Source of the DNA: Epithemia pelagica
Taxonomy: Eukaryota; Protista; Bacillariophyta
Reading direction: 5' to 3'
Assembly (NCBI GenBank): GCA_946965045.2
Contig: OX337235.1
Span: forward strand, 1-64,000
DNA: 64,000 bases
Below are positions 9,285-20,659 of the stretch, in pieces (position 1 is the stretch's first letter; each line of letters opens with the position of its first letter). Below the pieces are notes generated by a model. It was not told the origin of the DNA and did not search any database. It worked only from the letters and a program-made list of their open reading frames with translations. The position numbers were made by a program, and so were the translations under genes.

Positions 9285-9939
9285 CCCGTAGAAAGCTACG
9301 GGCTCTGGTACAAAAACTAGAATCTAGACCTAAATTTCCTTAGGGTCATCGTCCTGGCTGCGGCCACTGTTGTTGGTGTAAATAGATGCGCTGTTGGGGG
9401 AAAGCCCACACATCAAAAGCTTGTTGGGCCACATGGGTCAATGGGACAATCGGTCGCCGAAAACTTGTACATACTGACTGACAAACTGTACGAGCTCGTA
9501 AAGGGGATTTACCCAAGCAATCCTATTGGGCATGGGGGCTTGCCAAACTTGCGATGGCTCCCATCCATTCTGTGTCCATTTTATTTGGTTGGGTATTTCA
9601 AGGCAGTTCCAAGACTTTCCCTTTCGTGTTGTGGCGTATCGTGCTTCTCTTGTGCGTGTCTATGCGTCCGACGACAGCAAAGCAGCAGCAATAACAACAA
9701 CAAGAACCTATTGCCGGTGGAGAAACCGACAAGGTTTATACTTGATTGGTAGAGGACATTGAATCCGGAGACGACGACGCCAGGCGTTGATTTGTTCAAG
9801 GGAAACGACCGCTCAATTTGTAGCAGTCTTTCGAGTTCATCGAGTCGGCAACGACAACAACAGTACCAACATTGCTCTGTGACACATACGTCTCATAACA
9901 ACCGCGGCCAACAATTTTACTACAATCACGCAAAAAACA

Positions 9940-12900
9940 ATGACTGCGGCGGTGGAGACGTCTACCGTTTCTCCTCCGGCGACTCCAAAAGCCAACAAGA
10001 AGAAAAAGGTCAGAAAGTCATTGTCGCTGACAGAAGAATCCATTGAAAATACCATTGAATCTCCCAATCGCTCCAAAAAGGAAACGACTACTACCAAGTC
10101 CAATAAGGAACGCAAGGAGAAAAAGGATTCGAAACTAAAAACGGGCAGCAATCACGGCAAAAACACTACTAAGGACGAATCACCATCCGAATCGCCGACA
10201 CGTTCCAAGGATGGAGATTCTTCGCCTCCTTCCTCCAAAACGTCCTCCCGCGACGACAATCCACTCAAAGCATCCACCAAACAATCAAAACCCAAAATTC
10301 GTCGCAGTCGTAGTGTGAAACGCATGGGAGGACGAGAATCATCCAAAAAGCTGTCTTCCTCGTCCAAAACCAAGTCCGACAACGACCCAGAGGATGACCA
10401 TAAGGCACGTGCTCGACGAAGTCGATCGCAACCAGCCCCTCGCAAGAAGCTTATCTCAAGCCTCACCAATAGTAGCTCCTCGAAACCATCTTCCGAAAAC
10501 AGTCTGCGCAAGTCCTCTTCGAGAAAATCAACGAGTGAAGCGACAAACAACAGGGACGACAAAGAATCAGAAATATCGCCGCCGTCTTCTCCAGGAAAGC
10601 GTGATGCTAAAGGTACCGACAAATCATCAAAATCATCCAAAGCATTGGGTCCATCGATTCCCGACATGAATTTGTCGAAAGACCCAATCAGCCTTTCTCC
10701 AAAAGACGACAAGGCAGAGCAGAAGAATATCAAGGATGGCAACGGCAAAGAGTCGAGCGATGCGGATGGCACCTCCGCCGTCGCAAAAAGCCGCAGTCCC
10801 CTTGCCAAGAAAGAATCACTCAAATCCAAAACTGATTCAGTGTCACCATCTCAATCACCAAAGAAATTACGACGGGCTCGATCCAGTAGTCCAGGTGGTG
10901 CGGTCTCCAAAAACAAACTACGGAGTGGATCCAAGAAAGATGGAACCACCAGCAGGACTAAGAAAGCGGATCGCAGATCCAAAATGTCACAAAGCATGTA
11001 TGCCTCCACATCATGTTTGCCCAGTATGGGCGACAATGGTCAGGAGGACCGTCGGGACGACAAGGATCATCATCCCTTGCATTCCTCCTTCTCTCAAATG
11101 ACGCCGTGGTATCAAGAGAAATCTCAAAACAGTACTACCACTACTCCTACCGTCGATACGGACCTGATCCTTTCTCCCACACGCAGCGTCACCAGCCCCA
11201 AAACCAAAAAGAAAAAGAAAAGCAAGTCTTTGGATCAATTGAAAGCAGAGTTGTCGATTGGGCATCTGTCTCTAGTCGACGGCAGCCCAGAAGAAGAAAA
11301 AAAGACGGAAAAGAGACGGAGTAGGGGACGGAGTACCAACCGGCGATCTCATGCCACCAATGCTAAGGACGATGATGGCGATGACCCTGACAGAGATACG
11401 ACCAAGAAGAAAAAGAAAAAGAAAAAAGAAAAGACCGACGACGAAGATGGCAAAGATAAGAAGAAAAAAGATAAAAAGAAGAAGAAGATTAAAAGAGTCA
11501 AGGAGGAGAAAGCCAAAGACGCGGACACAACATTGGAGGACTCCATTCACTTGATGATTGATGACGACGAGAATGATGATCATGTCTTTGATGATAATGT
11601 CTCACCAGTCCAAGCCCCGCTGCAAGAACAAGACGAACCACAACCGAAACGATCTTCGTTAACGAACCGCACCGCGAAATCCCCAAAACCAAACAAGAAT
11701 ATGAAGAGGTCTGGCAGCTCTCATAGTAGTGGAACGAGCAGCAAAACACCCAAAACTTCCAGCCCCAAAAAGAAAATCGACAAGGCACTCCGAAATAGCA
11801 GCCATGGAAAGAAAGAAGATCCTCCTGCTCCAATATCCACGGATGTCCGGGATTCACCGGAATCCAAACAACAGTCTAGCCAAGCCATTGCCGACGAATC
11901 AAACACCACTACGACCAAGGCTTCTACTACGTTGATGATAGAGTCTTTGTCTTCTCCTCCTACTTCACCGTCATCCGCCAAACGATCCAAGTCCGAACAA
12001 TCTACTCTTGAATCCTCTCCGAAACAAACGTCGTCACCCTTTTCCGCTAAAAACAGCACACAAACGCTGCCAAGTGGCTCATCCATGTCGATGGAAACAA
12101 ACGGCACGGCGTTTCCATCTTCTTCATCGCCTTCTTCTTCTTCTCCTCTACCGGCCAGCAAATGCGTTTCGGACCCTGATAAGAACCAGACACCTTCAGA
12201 GTCGCCTTCAGGCTCTTCTTCGGTCGAAATCGTAGGAAAAGAGAATGCACAACAGCAACAGGAAATGCGAAATCCTGAGGACAACTCGCCAGTGGTCGAC
12301 GAGCACACAGAAGAACTGGATTCTGATGATAAACTCGCAAAACCGCTCTCGTCTTCAAACAACGTGACGCTTACATCAAGAAAGGACGATGATGTAGGAG
12401 ACGCAGAGTATCGGACGCCTGATGAAAGCATTACGAGCACATCTGAATCAATGTTCAAGGATATAGAACCAACGGTGTCAAGTGAATTCACAGCAACTGG
12501 ATCACTGAGTGATAAAACCTCAACAGAATTACATGAATCCCATGCCACAGCACAAGAATCCTTCCAAGAAACACTCCAAACAGAAGAAGAAAGCAAGAAA
12601 GATGACACTGGCATGCAGAGTGGTCAGGATTCGCCTTCGATAGCAAACTCGTTCTCGCCAAGCACGGACGAGGGCAAGATAGTTGACGAAGACAAGGTAT
12701 CACCATCGATGGACGAAACTCTGGAGGAACCAGTTCGCGAGGACAAGCAAGTGCCATCGATAGAGGACCTAGAAGAGAGACCAGTTAGCGAGGACCAGCA
12801 ATCACCATTGATAGACGACGTTCGACAGGAAGCAGTTGACGAAGACAAGGAATCACCGTCGATGGACGACATTTCAGAGGCCCTAGAGGAGAAACCACTT

Positions 12901-15297
12901 AGTGAGAACCAGCAGCTACTATCAATAGACGACCTTGCAGAGGAAACCAAGGAATCACCGTCGATAGATGATAGTCAGGAGGAACCAGTTAGCGAGGACC
13001 ACCCACCTCTCTCCGTAGACGACCAAGAAGAGCAACCAGTGAGTGAGGATCAGGAGCTACCATCATTAGATGACCTTCGAGAGGAAGCAGTTGACGAAGA
13101 CAAGGAATCAACGTTGATGGATGAGATTGCTGAAGAACCAGTTAGCGAGGACAAGCAAGCGTCATTGATAGAGGGCCTAGAAGAGAAACCAGTAAGCGGG
13201 GACCAGAAATCTCCATCGAAAGACGACCTTGGAGAGGAAGCAGAGGACGAAGACAAGGAACCATCGTCGATGGATGGCATAGAGGAGGAAGCAGTTAGCG
13301 ATGACAAGCAAGCACCATCGATGGACGACCTACATGACAAACCAGCTACTGAGGCCGAGCAATCACCGTCGATAGACGACGTCCCAGAAGAGCAATCACC
13401 ATCAATAGACGACCTTCATGAGAAAACAACTGACGCGCAAATTATCGAGAATACAACCCTTGTCGTGTCTTCTTCATCGTCATCTCCACCCGAAGAATCA
13501 TTACCCGATGTGGAGGAATCGGCTTTGCGGAACGATTCTTTGTCCTCCGACGGCTCAGGCGCTCGACTTGGTGAAAATGAAGTGGGGAACATTAAACCAT
13601 CTTCTCCCGAAGGCTCAGTACCGGACGACGATAGTATCAGTACCTGCAGTAGCAGCAGTGACGCAGACATTTCGTTCTCGCAACAACGTCTACTCCCTGG
13701 CCGCAAACCACAACGTCTGAATCCACCAGAAAGCCAAACACACCCACGGCACACACGATGGAATTTTGGTCGAGTACATGAGTACTTTGTTCGACCAGAC
13801 GATGCCACGTTTTACAAGAATGAGGACTACATACGAGCTGCTGTCAATTTGCAGCGTTGTATTCGGGGTTGGAGGGCTCGATTGGTTCATCGCCTTCGTG
13901 TTCTGGAATTGACCCTGTCACAGCAAAAGACACTGTTGCGGCAAGCCAAGCTCCAAGTCACTGAAGAAATGAATAAGGAGAGGCAGACTGTGCTGAAAGA
14001 AGCCGACACGGAGCGGCGACAAATGCGGAAGGAGTATTCTGCGCAATCTACCAAGGTCGCGGGAGAATCCTTGCGCATTCAAAACGTACAATTGGAAAAA
14101 GAAAATCAAGATTTGCAAATTGAAATTCAACGATGCAAAGCGATCAATGGCCGACTTGTCAAAAAAGCTGCGAGTAAAACAACCGACACAGCCAAAGACA
14201 ATGGGACTCCCGAAAGTAAGGAAAAGAACAAGGACGAAAGCAAGGCAGATCGTAAGGAAAAGAAGCTCCAGCGACAGATATCACAATTGCAAGATCAACA
14301 AAAGCAGTTGAGATTGGTGGAAAACATGTATCAAGAACGTACCATTCAACTGGTTCATCGCATCCAAGAATACATGGAACACTATTGTCCTGCCGAACAT
14401 ACCATGAAACTGAGCTACCAAAAGTTTGCGGGGAGAGTGGTAGACTTGCTCGAGTCGCATGAAGCAAATGACGATGACGACATGTATTTTTACAAGGAAT
14501 CCGAAGAAGATCGAATGGAACAATTAACGGAATGGGTCATCTCTGCAGTGGTGGCGATCCCCGACAATACCCTGCCGTATCCCTCCAGCGAGATTTTGCA
14601 CATCAACATTGAGGAGTACAATAGCAAGAAAATGACAAAGAATCAAGACATTGGTAATGGGCAAGCCACTGAAAAGTCACCTACTTCGACCAAGAGTATT
14701 CACGGTTTGTCGGTTCCACTTTTGTCACCGTCCATCCCGTCCAAGTTTTTGTTGCCGTCACCATCAACTCCCGTTTCCTCCAATTCACCCAGTGCTCTGG
14801 CATCACCTTCGCATACATCCCCCGGGTTCTCTCCCTCTTCTCCAGGTGGGTTTGAAAAATCCTTGGCCAAAGCCTTGCCTTCCGCGCCCTTGCCGTTGTC
14901 CCCGGATCCCCACCAAGTCCGGCGACGACGAGCCGGAGGGATCCCTTCTCCCCGAATGCCTCAGCGACGAGCTATGGCAGGGCGACCGAGACCATCCGTC
15001 CCAGCCCCTTCTCTCGTGGACGCAAATGACGAGGACGCGGCATCGGACTATACCGAAGAGAGTGTCCACTCGGACTTTACCGAAGAAAGTGTATCGTCTT
15101 CGTCATCGTCCGACTATACCGAAGAAAGTATCGATAAGAGTGACAACGACAGTGACAGTGAGGAAGAAGAAGAAATGGAAGAATTGGAGATTGTCGAAGA
15201 AGAAGAAGAGGTTGAGGAGGATGACAATGACGCACCGACAGACACGGCGAAAACGACACGGGGATCCTCTGTAGTAATGGAAACCATTCCAGAGTAA
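9940..15297 (+). CDS. Large low-complexity protein (1785 aa) with Lys/Ser-rich N-terminus, acidic repeats, IQ motif and coiled coil
   Basis: Uninterrupted 5.36-kb ORF. IQ-like LQRCIRGWRAR at ~13852-13884, followed by a heptad-rich region. Confidence 0.85.
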   Translation: MTAAVETSTVSPPATPKANKKKKVRKSLSLTEESIENTIESPNRSKKETTTTKSNKERKEKKDSKLKTGSNHGKNTTKDESPSESPTRSKDGDSSPPSSKTSSRDDNPLKASTKQSKPKIRRSRSVKRMGGRESSKKLSSSSKTKSDNDPEDDHKARARRSRSQPAPRKKLISSLTNSSSSKPSSENSLRKSSSRKSTSEATNNRDDKESEISPPSSPGKRDAKGTDKSSKSSKALGPSIPDMNLSKDPISLSPKDDKAEQKNIKDGNGKESSDADGTSAVAKSRSPLAKKESLKSKTDSVSPSQSPKKLRRARSSSPGGAVSKNKLRSGSKKDGTTSRTKKADRRSKMSQSMYASTSCLPSMGDNGQEDRRDDKDHHPLHSSFSQMTPWYQEKSQNSTTTTPTVDTDLILSPTRSVTSPKTKKKKKSKSLDQLKAELSIGHLSLVDGSPEEEKKTEKRRSRGRSTNRRSHATNAKDDDGDDPDRDTTKKKKKKKKEKTDDEDGKDKKKKDKKKKKIKRVKEEKAKDADTTLEDSIHLMIDDDENDDHVFDDNVSPVQAPLQEQDEPQPKRSSLTNRTAKSPKPNKNMKRSGSSHSSGTSSKTPKTSSPKKKIDKALRNSSHGKKEDPPAPISTDVRDSPESKQQSSQAIADESNTTTTKASTTLMIESLSSPPTSPSSAKRSKSEQSTLESSPKQTSSPFSAKNSTQTLPSGSSMSMETNGTAFPSSSSPSSSSPLPASKCVSDPDKNQTPSESPSGSSSVEIVGKENAQQQQEMRNPEDNSPVVDEHTEELDSDDKLAKPLSSSNNVTLTSRKDDDVGDAEYRTPDESITSTSESMFKDIEPTVSSEFTATGSLSDKTSTELHESHATAQESFQETLQTEEESKKDDTGMQSGQDSPSIANSFSPSTDEGKIVDEDKVSPSMDETLEEPVREDKQVPSIEDLEERPVSEDQQSPLIDDVRQEAVDEDKESPSMDDISEALEEKPLSENQQLLSIDDLAEETKESPSIDDSQEEPVSEDHPPLSVDDQEEQPVSEDQELPSLDDLREEAVDEDKESTLMDEIAEEPVSEDKQASLIEGLEEKPVSGDQKSPSKDDLGEEAEDEDKEPSSMDGIEEEAVSDDKQAPSMDDLHDKPATEAEQSPSIDDVPEEQSPSIDDLHEKTTDAQIIENTTLVVSSSSSSPPEESLPDVEESALRNDSLSSDGSGARLGENEVGNIKPSSPEGSVPDDDSISTCSSSSDADISFSQQRLLPGRKPQRLNPPESQTHPRHTRWNFGRVHEYFVRPDDATFYKNEDYIRAAVNLQRCIRGWRARLVHRLRVLELTLSQQKTLLRQAKLQVTEEMNKERQTVLKEADTERRQMRKEYSAQSTKVAGESLRIQNVQLEKENQDLQIEIQRCKAINGRLVKKAASKTTDTAKDNGTPESKEKNKDESKADRKEKKLQRQISQLQDQQKQLRLVENMYQERTIQLVHRIQEYMEHYCPAEHTMKLSYQKFAGRVVDLLESHEANDDDDMYFYKESEEDRMEQLTEWVISAVVAIPDNTLPYPSSEILHINIEEYNSKKMTKNQDIGNGQATEKSPTSTKSIHGLSVPLLSPSIPSKFLLPSPSTPVSSNSPSALASPSHTSPGFSPSSPGGFEKSLAKALPSAPLPLSPDPHQVRRRRAGGIPSPRMPQRRAMAGRPRPSVPAPSLVDANDEDAASDYTEESVHSDFTEESVSSSSSSDYTEESIDKSDNDSDSEEEEEMEELEIVEEEEEVEEDDNDAPTDTAKTTRGSSVVMETIPE
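12676..13420 (+). repeat. Intragenic degenerate repeat, ~15 units of 13-20 aa (EEPVSEDKQSPSIDDL-like)
   Basis: Recurring GAGGAACCAGTTAGCGAGGAC...CCATCGATAGACGAC units. Confidence 0.85.
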
Positions 15298-15652
15298 ACC
15301 GACCTTTGGTTCGTGAAACTCGTAAACTCTACGCTTGTATTGCGGAACAAGCTCGATATCATCTCATGATCGACAAAGGACTTTTGATTTCACGTTCCGC
15401 AAATGGAGTTGCGTCGCAACGTGTCTCAAAAAATTATGTATGTATATAACAAGGCTCACGATCGGTGACCTTGTCCCTCCGCTATAATGGCATGGTATGG
15501 TATATTGTCTAGACTACAAGGGAGTTATTCTAGACTGTACTTTCGGATCTACCTATGCATCTTTACATCCTATATGTACTATTGTGGACCCCGTTGTTGC
15601 TCCAGTAGTAGTACGAGACGGATTACTCGTTTTTCTTTCGTCCTTGATTCCT

Positions 15653-17356
15653 TTATTCGGTGGCAGGCTTGGGCTTTTTGCTGGTAGCTGCATCATTTGT
15701 GGACGATGGTGGCGGTGCTTTGCGTTTGGATCGTACCATCAAGGTGGTTTGCGCCGTGGCCGACAGAGCGGTGGCCGTGGCCGATCCAAAGGCTACGGAT
15801 TCCTCGGCCGGTGGGGCACTGTCGTCGTTTGGGTCGTCGGGAACGGCAGCCGCAGCAGCCACAGTGGCGGCGGCCGCCGCCGTGATTTCGGATTTGAGCG
15901 CCGTGACTTGATGCAATCCTTCTTCCGAGACCAAGGCCTCATTGACAATTTCTTGAATGTCATTCAGTAATTCCAGGACGGAATCATCCTTGTCGTTGTC
16001 GTCCTGTTGTTGTTGATCCGTGTTGGTGTTGGATTGAGTCTGTTGGACATGGTCTCGTAAGGCTTGCACATGCGAACGCGCTTGTTGCCAAACTTCTTGT
16101 GTGGTGGGCGTGGCCCCAGCGGACGACGACGACGAGGACACTTTTTGATCGTCCTTTGTGGTCTTGTTGTCGTGGGGTACCAAGACGTTGGGAAGAACCG
16201 GAAGAGTCCTTTCTGCAGTACTGCTACCACCAAGAGCCGAACAGGCATGTTGCGTCAAGAGTTGCGCGCAAGAGGCATAATGTTGCAAGGACGCTTGTCG
16301 CCATTCGTGCAATTGATCTGGTAACACGACAGGCTCCTGTTCCTCGTCGGTGGGTTCCACAGCTGCAGCTGCTGCCGCCGCAGTTGGTTTGGCCTCCTTC
16401 TCATCCTCCTTGGCAGTAGTCGTATTGGAATCGTCTCCCCGGGTCGATTCGTGTCCGACCAAGAGCGAATAGGTCAAGGCCAATTGGTAATGCACATCGG
16501 CCAGGGATCGGGGTGTCGTTGTCGTTGTAGGATTCTCAGAGGCTTGTTGTTGTTGTTGTTGTCGTAGGGTGAGACAGGACTGATAATTGTCCACGGCCTG
16601 TTGGTATTGTCCATTCAGGCGTTGCAAATCGCCCTGGCGCAACCAAATTTGCGCCAAGTCCAACGACAAGCTTTGCAAAGCGTCACTGTTCTTGTTTGGA
16701 TCGGGTTGTTGTTGCTGCTGCTTGTCTTGAATGTAGCTTTGCAACAAGAGTCGACTGGTATCCAAATGTTCGTAGGCAATTTGCAAATCGTCCACATCCT
16801 CCTCGGGATCTGCCGTTGGTGCTGCTGCTTGTGGTGGTTGCGAGTGGGAGGGCATGACAAAGACCATGTCGCGGACAGTTTGTTCCGCACCATCTTCATC
16901 TTCGTCTTGGTGTTCCTCAGGAGCCGACTCTTCTTGTTCTTGTGGTTGCTGTACTGGATCGTCTGGTTGCTGCTCTTCCATGGAATACAAGAGCGTCGTG
17001 CCGTACAGATAATGAAAGGGTGCCAAGGAGGGATGCAACGAGGCCTCGTCCAACGTCATGTTGCTGCTTATCGTTGTTGCCGTCATGAGACGTTCCAATT
17101 GCGCCTCCAACCCATCGTGCTGAATCAACGACAAGGCGGTTTCATAATCGCCCTGATTCAAGGACTCCTTGGCTTGTCGATAGACCGTCGATGCCTTGGA
17201 CGATTCGTACGTATCCAGTGGAGGAGCTGGCGGGTTTGTGGTCGAGGTAGACGAGTCCTGGGTGGTTCCGGCAGATGGCTTGTGGTGAACCATTGCGTCT
17301 GACGGTGTGGTTTGCGTCGTGGTAGTGGGAACGGTCGATGCCGGTGGGGCTGCCAT
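15653..17356 (-). CDS. NASP: NASP/Sim3-like SHNi-TPR histone H3-H4 chaperone
   Basis: LAPFHYLYGTTLL, acidic interruption, DDLQIAYEHLDTSRLL, LAQIWLRQGDL...AVDNYQSCLTLR, RSLADVHYQLAL, C-terminal NLS MVRSKRK. Probable start MAAPP at 17356. Confidence 0.85.
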   Translation of the reverse strand: MAAPPASTVPTTTTQTTPSDAMVHHKPSAGTTQDSSTSTTNPPAPPLDTYESSKASTVYRQAKESLNQGDYETALSLIQHDGLEAQLERLMTATTISSNMTLDEASLHPSLAPFHYLYGTTLLYSMEEQQPDDPVQQPQEQEESAPEEHQDEDEDGAEQTVRDMVFVMPSHSQPPQAAAPTADPEEDVDDLQIAYEHLDTSRLLLQSYIQDKQQQQQPDPNKNSDALQSLSLDLAQIWLRQGDLQRLNGQYQQAVDNYQSCLTLRQQQQQQASENPTTTTTPRSLADVHYQLALTYSLLVGHESTRGDDSNTTTAKEDEKEAKPTAAAAAAAVEPTDEEQEPVVLPDQLHEWRQASLQHYASCAQLLTQHACSALGGSSTAERTLPVLPNVLVPHDNKTTKDDQKVSSSSSSAGATPTTQEVWQQARSHVQALRDHVQQTQSNTNTDQQQQDDNDKDDSVLELLNDIQEIVNEALVSEEGLHQVTALKSEITAAAAATVAAAAAVPDDPNDDSAPPAEESVAFGSATATALSATAQTTLMVRSKRKAPPPSSTNDAATSKKPKPATE

Positions 17357-17930
17357 GGTTGACAAGGATGCTGTCAGCGAACAACGAGAAAAAGGATTGT
17401 GGCCCTGGATGGAGGGATTCGTTGCTCCTGCGCCATGATTCGAGGCACGACGGGCGTGAGGAGGAGAGGAGAGCCGTCGTGTTTTTGCTATGTGGGAATG
17501 AAATGCGCCCAGAACAATGGCTGTGCAGGCGCGAGTCAGCAGGCTCTCAAGGCCCGCCCGAAAATCACACCGCGGGGAGTTCTTCGGGGCGAACTTGCAT
17601 TCCCAACCCTCCACGTGGAAGATGATCGAAAAAGGAAGCGAGAACCAAGCATCGATCCAATAGAGGTGAAGGCTTCACTCTTCACAAACCAGAACACATG
17701 ACAATCCAACATCCAACGGAGAGTGTTGTCAATGAAACACATCTCCAATGGACTTCCCTCGGATTCCGAATGTGCCTTTTTTCGCAACTGGACAACCAAA
17801 AATGCGAATCCAACAATGAACTCTCTCCAAAGGTGAAAAGGAAGCTCTCGATGCTTCCTCATCGATCCATCTCACAATCCATTTGGACTCATAATAAAAA
17901 CAAGAACCACCAAATCAACAACACAAAATC

Positions 17931-18869
17931 ATGAAGAACGTCAAAAACCACCACCACAATGATGCTTCGACGGGACGTCGCCTCCTGGGCTGGATGCTGG
18001 TCGCCACCGCCATGCTGCTACAAACGACAAGGACAAGTGCTGCAGATCGTGGACTTCGTGTCGGATCTCGTCCTCGAAACTCTACCCACCAAGAGGACGA
18101 GACTTTCACCACCAACACCACGACAAGCAACGACACTACGGTAGATGTGGATGGCACCATTGCGGTACGTATCTACGGGTTGAAAGAATGGCCGGGTGTG
18201 CCTGCTTGTCTCATGGAGCCGCCTTCTTTCTCTTCTTTGTCTCGTTTGAACTGCTTGTTTGTTTGCTTAACTGTCTCTTATTTTTGTGGTTGTGTTGTTG
18301 TGGTGGTTGCGAATGGCGACACCATGTTCCCCCAGTGCGGCTGCGCGGGCCGTCAAGATCCCATTCCCTTTTATGTGGCGGGACCCGACAGGATTACCTT
18401 TGCCCAGGCACGGGTCCTGGCTCCTCCCGATGTGGACGGGGCCACTTGTGTCTTGGCCCGAGCACCGGCGACCGAGTACCAACGCATTCAAATGGCCGTC
18501 ACCTGTCCCTATTCGGAAAAGTGCTGGTTGGCCGCATTGGCCACACAAGGCTTTGTCGAAACACCTGTCTGCAACAGTCGACGATCCGACACGTACAATG
18601 AAACGGCCTGTCGCGAGCTTCGACTCGTCTTTCGCAATTTGGACCATGACAATGCGGCGGATGAATCGTCGGTGATGATTCCAGTCGAGTATTGGGCCGA
18701 CGGAGAACCCAGCAACAAGAACAATGACAATCAATTCCGTCTCGTGATAAATTCCTATGCCTCTGGCTCGGGTGGATGGTTGTTTGCCGTCAATGGGCAA
18801 GAGATTCACAAACCACTCTTTCAGTGCTGTCATGACGATATACCGTCCACCTGTCCCTTTTGGGTGTAG
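17931..18869 (+). CDS. Putative secreted Cys-rich protein; probable in-frame intron 18165-18335
   Basis: Signal-like LLGWMLVATAMLLQTTRTSA. Conserved with a paralog at 21058-21591. GTACGT donor at 18165, CTTAAC branch-like site, CCCCAG acceptor at 18335 (171 bp, phase 0). Confidence 0.65.
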   Translation: MKNVKNHHHNDASTGRRLLGWMLVATAMLLQTTRTSAADRGLRVGSRPRNSTHQEDETFTTNTTTSNDTTVDVDGTIAVRIYGLKEWPGVPACLMEPPSFSSLSRLNCLFVCLTVSYFCGCVVVVVANGDTMFPQCGCAGRQDPIPFYVAGPDRITFAQARVLAPPDVDGATCVLARAPATEYQRIQMAVTCPYSEKCWLAALATQGFVETPVCNSRRSDTYNETACRELRLVFRNLDHDNAADESSVMIPVEYWADGEPSNKNNDNQFRLVINSYASGSGGWLFAVNGQEIHKPLFQCCHDDIPSTCPFWV

Positions 18870-19619
18870 GGGAACTGGAATTATTATTGCCACGTGAAAC
18901 GAACGGCTCAAAGCCGGATCGAGTTCATCGTGAATACGAATGATGATTGAGAAAACAGCAGCAAGTACATTTCACAGGACATGACAATGGAAGCAATCGG
19001 TCTTGGTCTATAGGGACCAATAGAGGAGACAAACAACGTTCACATTACATGGGAGAGAAGTTCATAACGAAACTGTGGACAATGAATGAAGAACATCAAC
19101 CAGCCATGACGTATACAATCTTTAGAGCTAAGGATTCTCGACTTGTGAGGATCCCCAGATTTCTAAGATGAAGAATGTGTTTGTGTGATTCCTCCCTCAC
19201 TCCCCGACACAATGTTGACTGTGCGTGCCGTTACGTAGTCACTTGGACGTTACTGCAGCTTCAGAATAACATCAAAGGTCTGCGTGTGGTGACGAGAACG
19301 TCGCCTGGACAGTCAGAAAGTATTGGCTTGCCAAGCGCTTTCCAGAAGAAAACCAAAGATAATGCCTACAGCTATCATTTCCAGGGACCACTATACAGTG
19401 TGCAAAGGAAACAAACGCCCCCTTGTGAGAGACATTCATTCAACTTCACGATCTCGTTGTCACATCGTCTCATCCAGTCACAAGATACGAGCACTGTGAC
19501 AAGAAAGTATCTCTGTTTGCTCGACAAAAGTCAGTGGAATCGATGGTCCTATGTACCCAATGCCCATTGCTTTGTCGATACGCAGACAACAGTTGTCCTG
19601 TCAACCCATCGTATTTTTG

Positions 19620-20640
19620 TTTGGCTTTCGCTGGACTGATTTGGGCATTTACAGCATGTGCCTCTTGTTGGAATGTCAGGCCTGGTTGAAACAAGTCTAT
19701 CATTACGATACCTTGTCGCCGCAATCATCTCATGCCGCCGAAACGGCAACGGTAGCAGCCGTGAATCCTCCGAATGATACCTCGGGATCCAGGACCGAAT
19801 CGTCGTCGCATCGAACTCGACGAGCCTTGGGACGACAAATATCCACGGCGTCCAATACATCGCCATCTACCTCGTCCGACCCGCACGAGGTTCTATGCTT
19901 GCAAACCTTTTCGCAAGTGGCCCAAGTCGCCCAAAAGCCTCCTCGTCGTGGGAAGTCTCCAATGACATGGCCTTGTTCGGTGTCAAACTGGTCATGTGTG
20001 GCCGCGTCTTGTTAAGATGGATTCACGATCTCAGTTGGCTCAATGCCACGGCCAATGCCTTTATGATACTGGCCATTGCCACGGCCACCATTGCCGGATT
20101 GATTCAATTTGTGCGAAACCAACAACAGCAGCAAAACGACAATAACGACAATTGGCAAGACTCCCCACACTATCCACAAAACACTGAGAATGACGACGAT
20201 CCAATGCACTCCTCCTCGTCGTCCAATCGGTCTCTGGTGTCGCCCATGAGTACCTTTGTGGCCGACATGTTTTTTGCCTCAAAAGGCATTGGATTGGTCT
20301 TGCTCGTCGAAAATAGCTTTTCCGCGGGACGGTCCACAACCATGACGACAACAAGGACCACGCCGACGAGAATGTGGCCATTCTTTGTTTTTGTGCCACG
20401 GTCGTCGTCACGGGGTGTACCCATGCCCTGTCGGATATTTGGGTGAGCATGGCGGCGAACCACAAGAATTGAATCGTTTTATGATGATATGGAGCTCTTT
20501 TTGGAACCAAGCGTTTGCGGGAGAAACCAAACCAACACAGAGTGCATGACACCCAACAATTGGTAAGGGAGAGGGACACTGTGTGTGCCGTGGTTGGAAC
20601 GGCAGCGTTCGACCAACAAAACCACTCTCTCACCAAAATC
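19620..20640 (+). pseudogene. Amino-acid transporter pseudogene fragment A (inverted copy of parts of 41350-43390)
   Basis: GIYSMCLLLECQAWLKQVYHYDTL, WIHDLSWLNATANAFM, DMFFASKGIGLVL and the 3' end match the intact gene. Frameshifts and two internal deletions (~100 bp and ~950 bp). Confidence 0.9.
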
Positions 20641-20659
20641 ATACAAGGACACATTGCAC

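Noticed and set aside
3251-9344. CCTTAGG sites as TTA target duplications of PIF/Harbinger MITEs
   Set aside because: I compared every segment start with the reverse complement of every segment end and found no convincing TIR pair. Not fully excluded for very old elements.
19175-19620. Possible MULE transposase remnant that would make the mosaic insert a Pack-MULE
   Set aside because: Only vague KGL/PNAH similarity; no TIRs or 9-bp TSD found.
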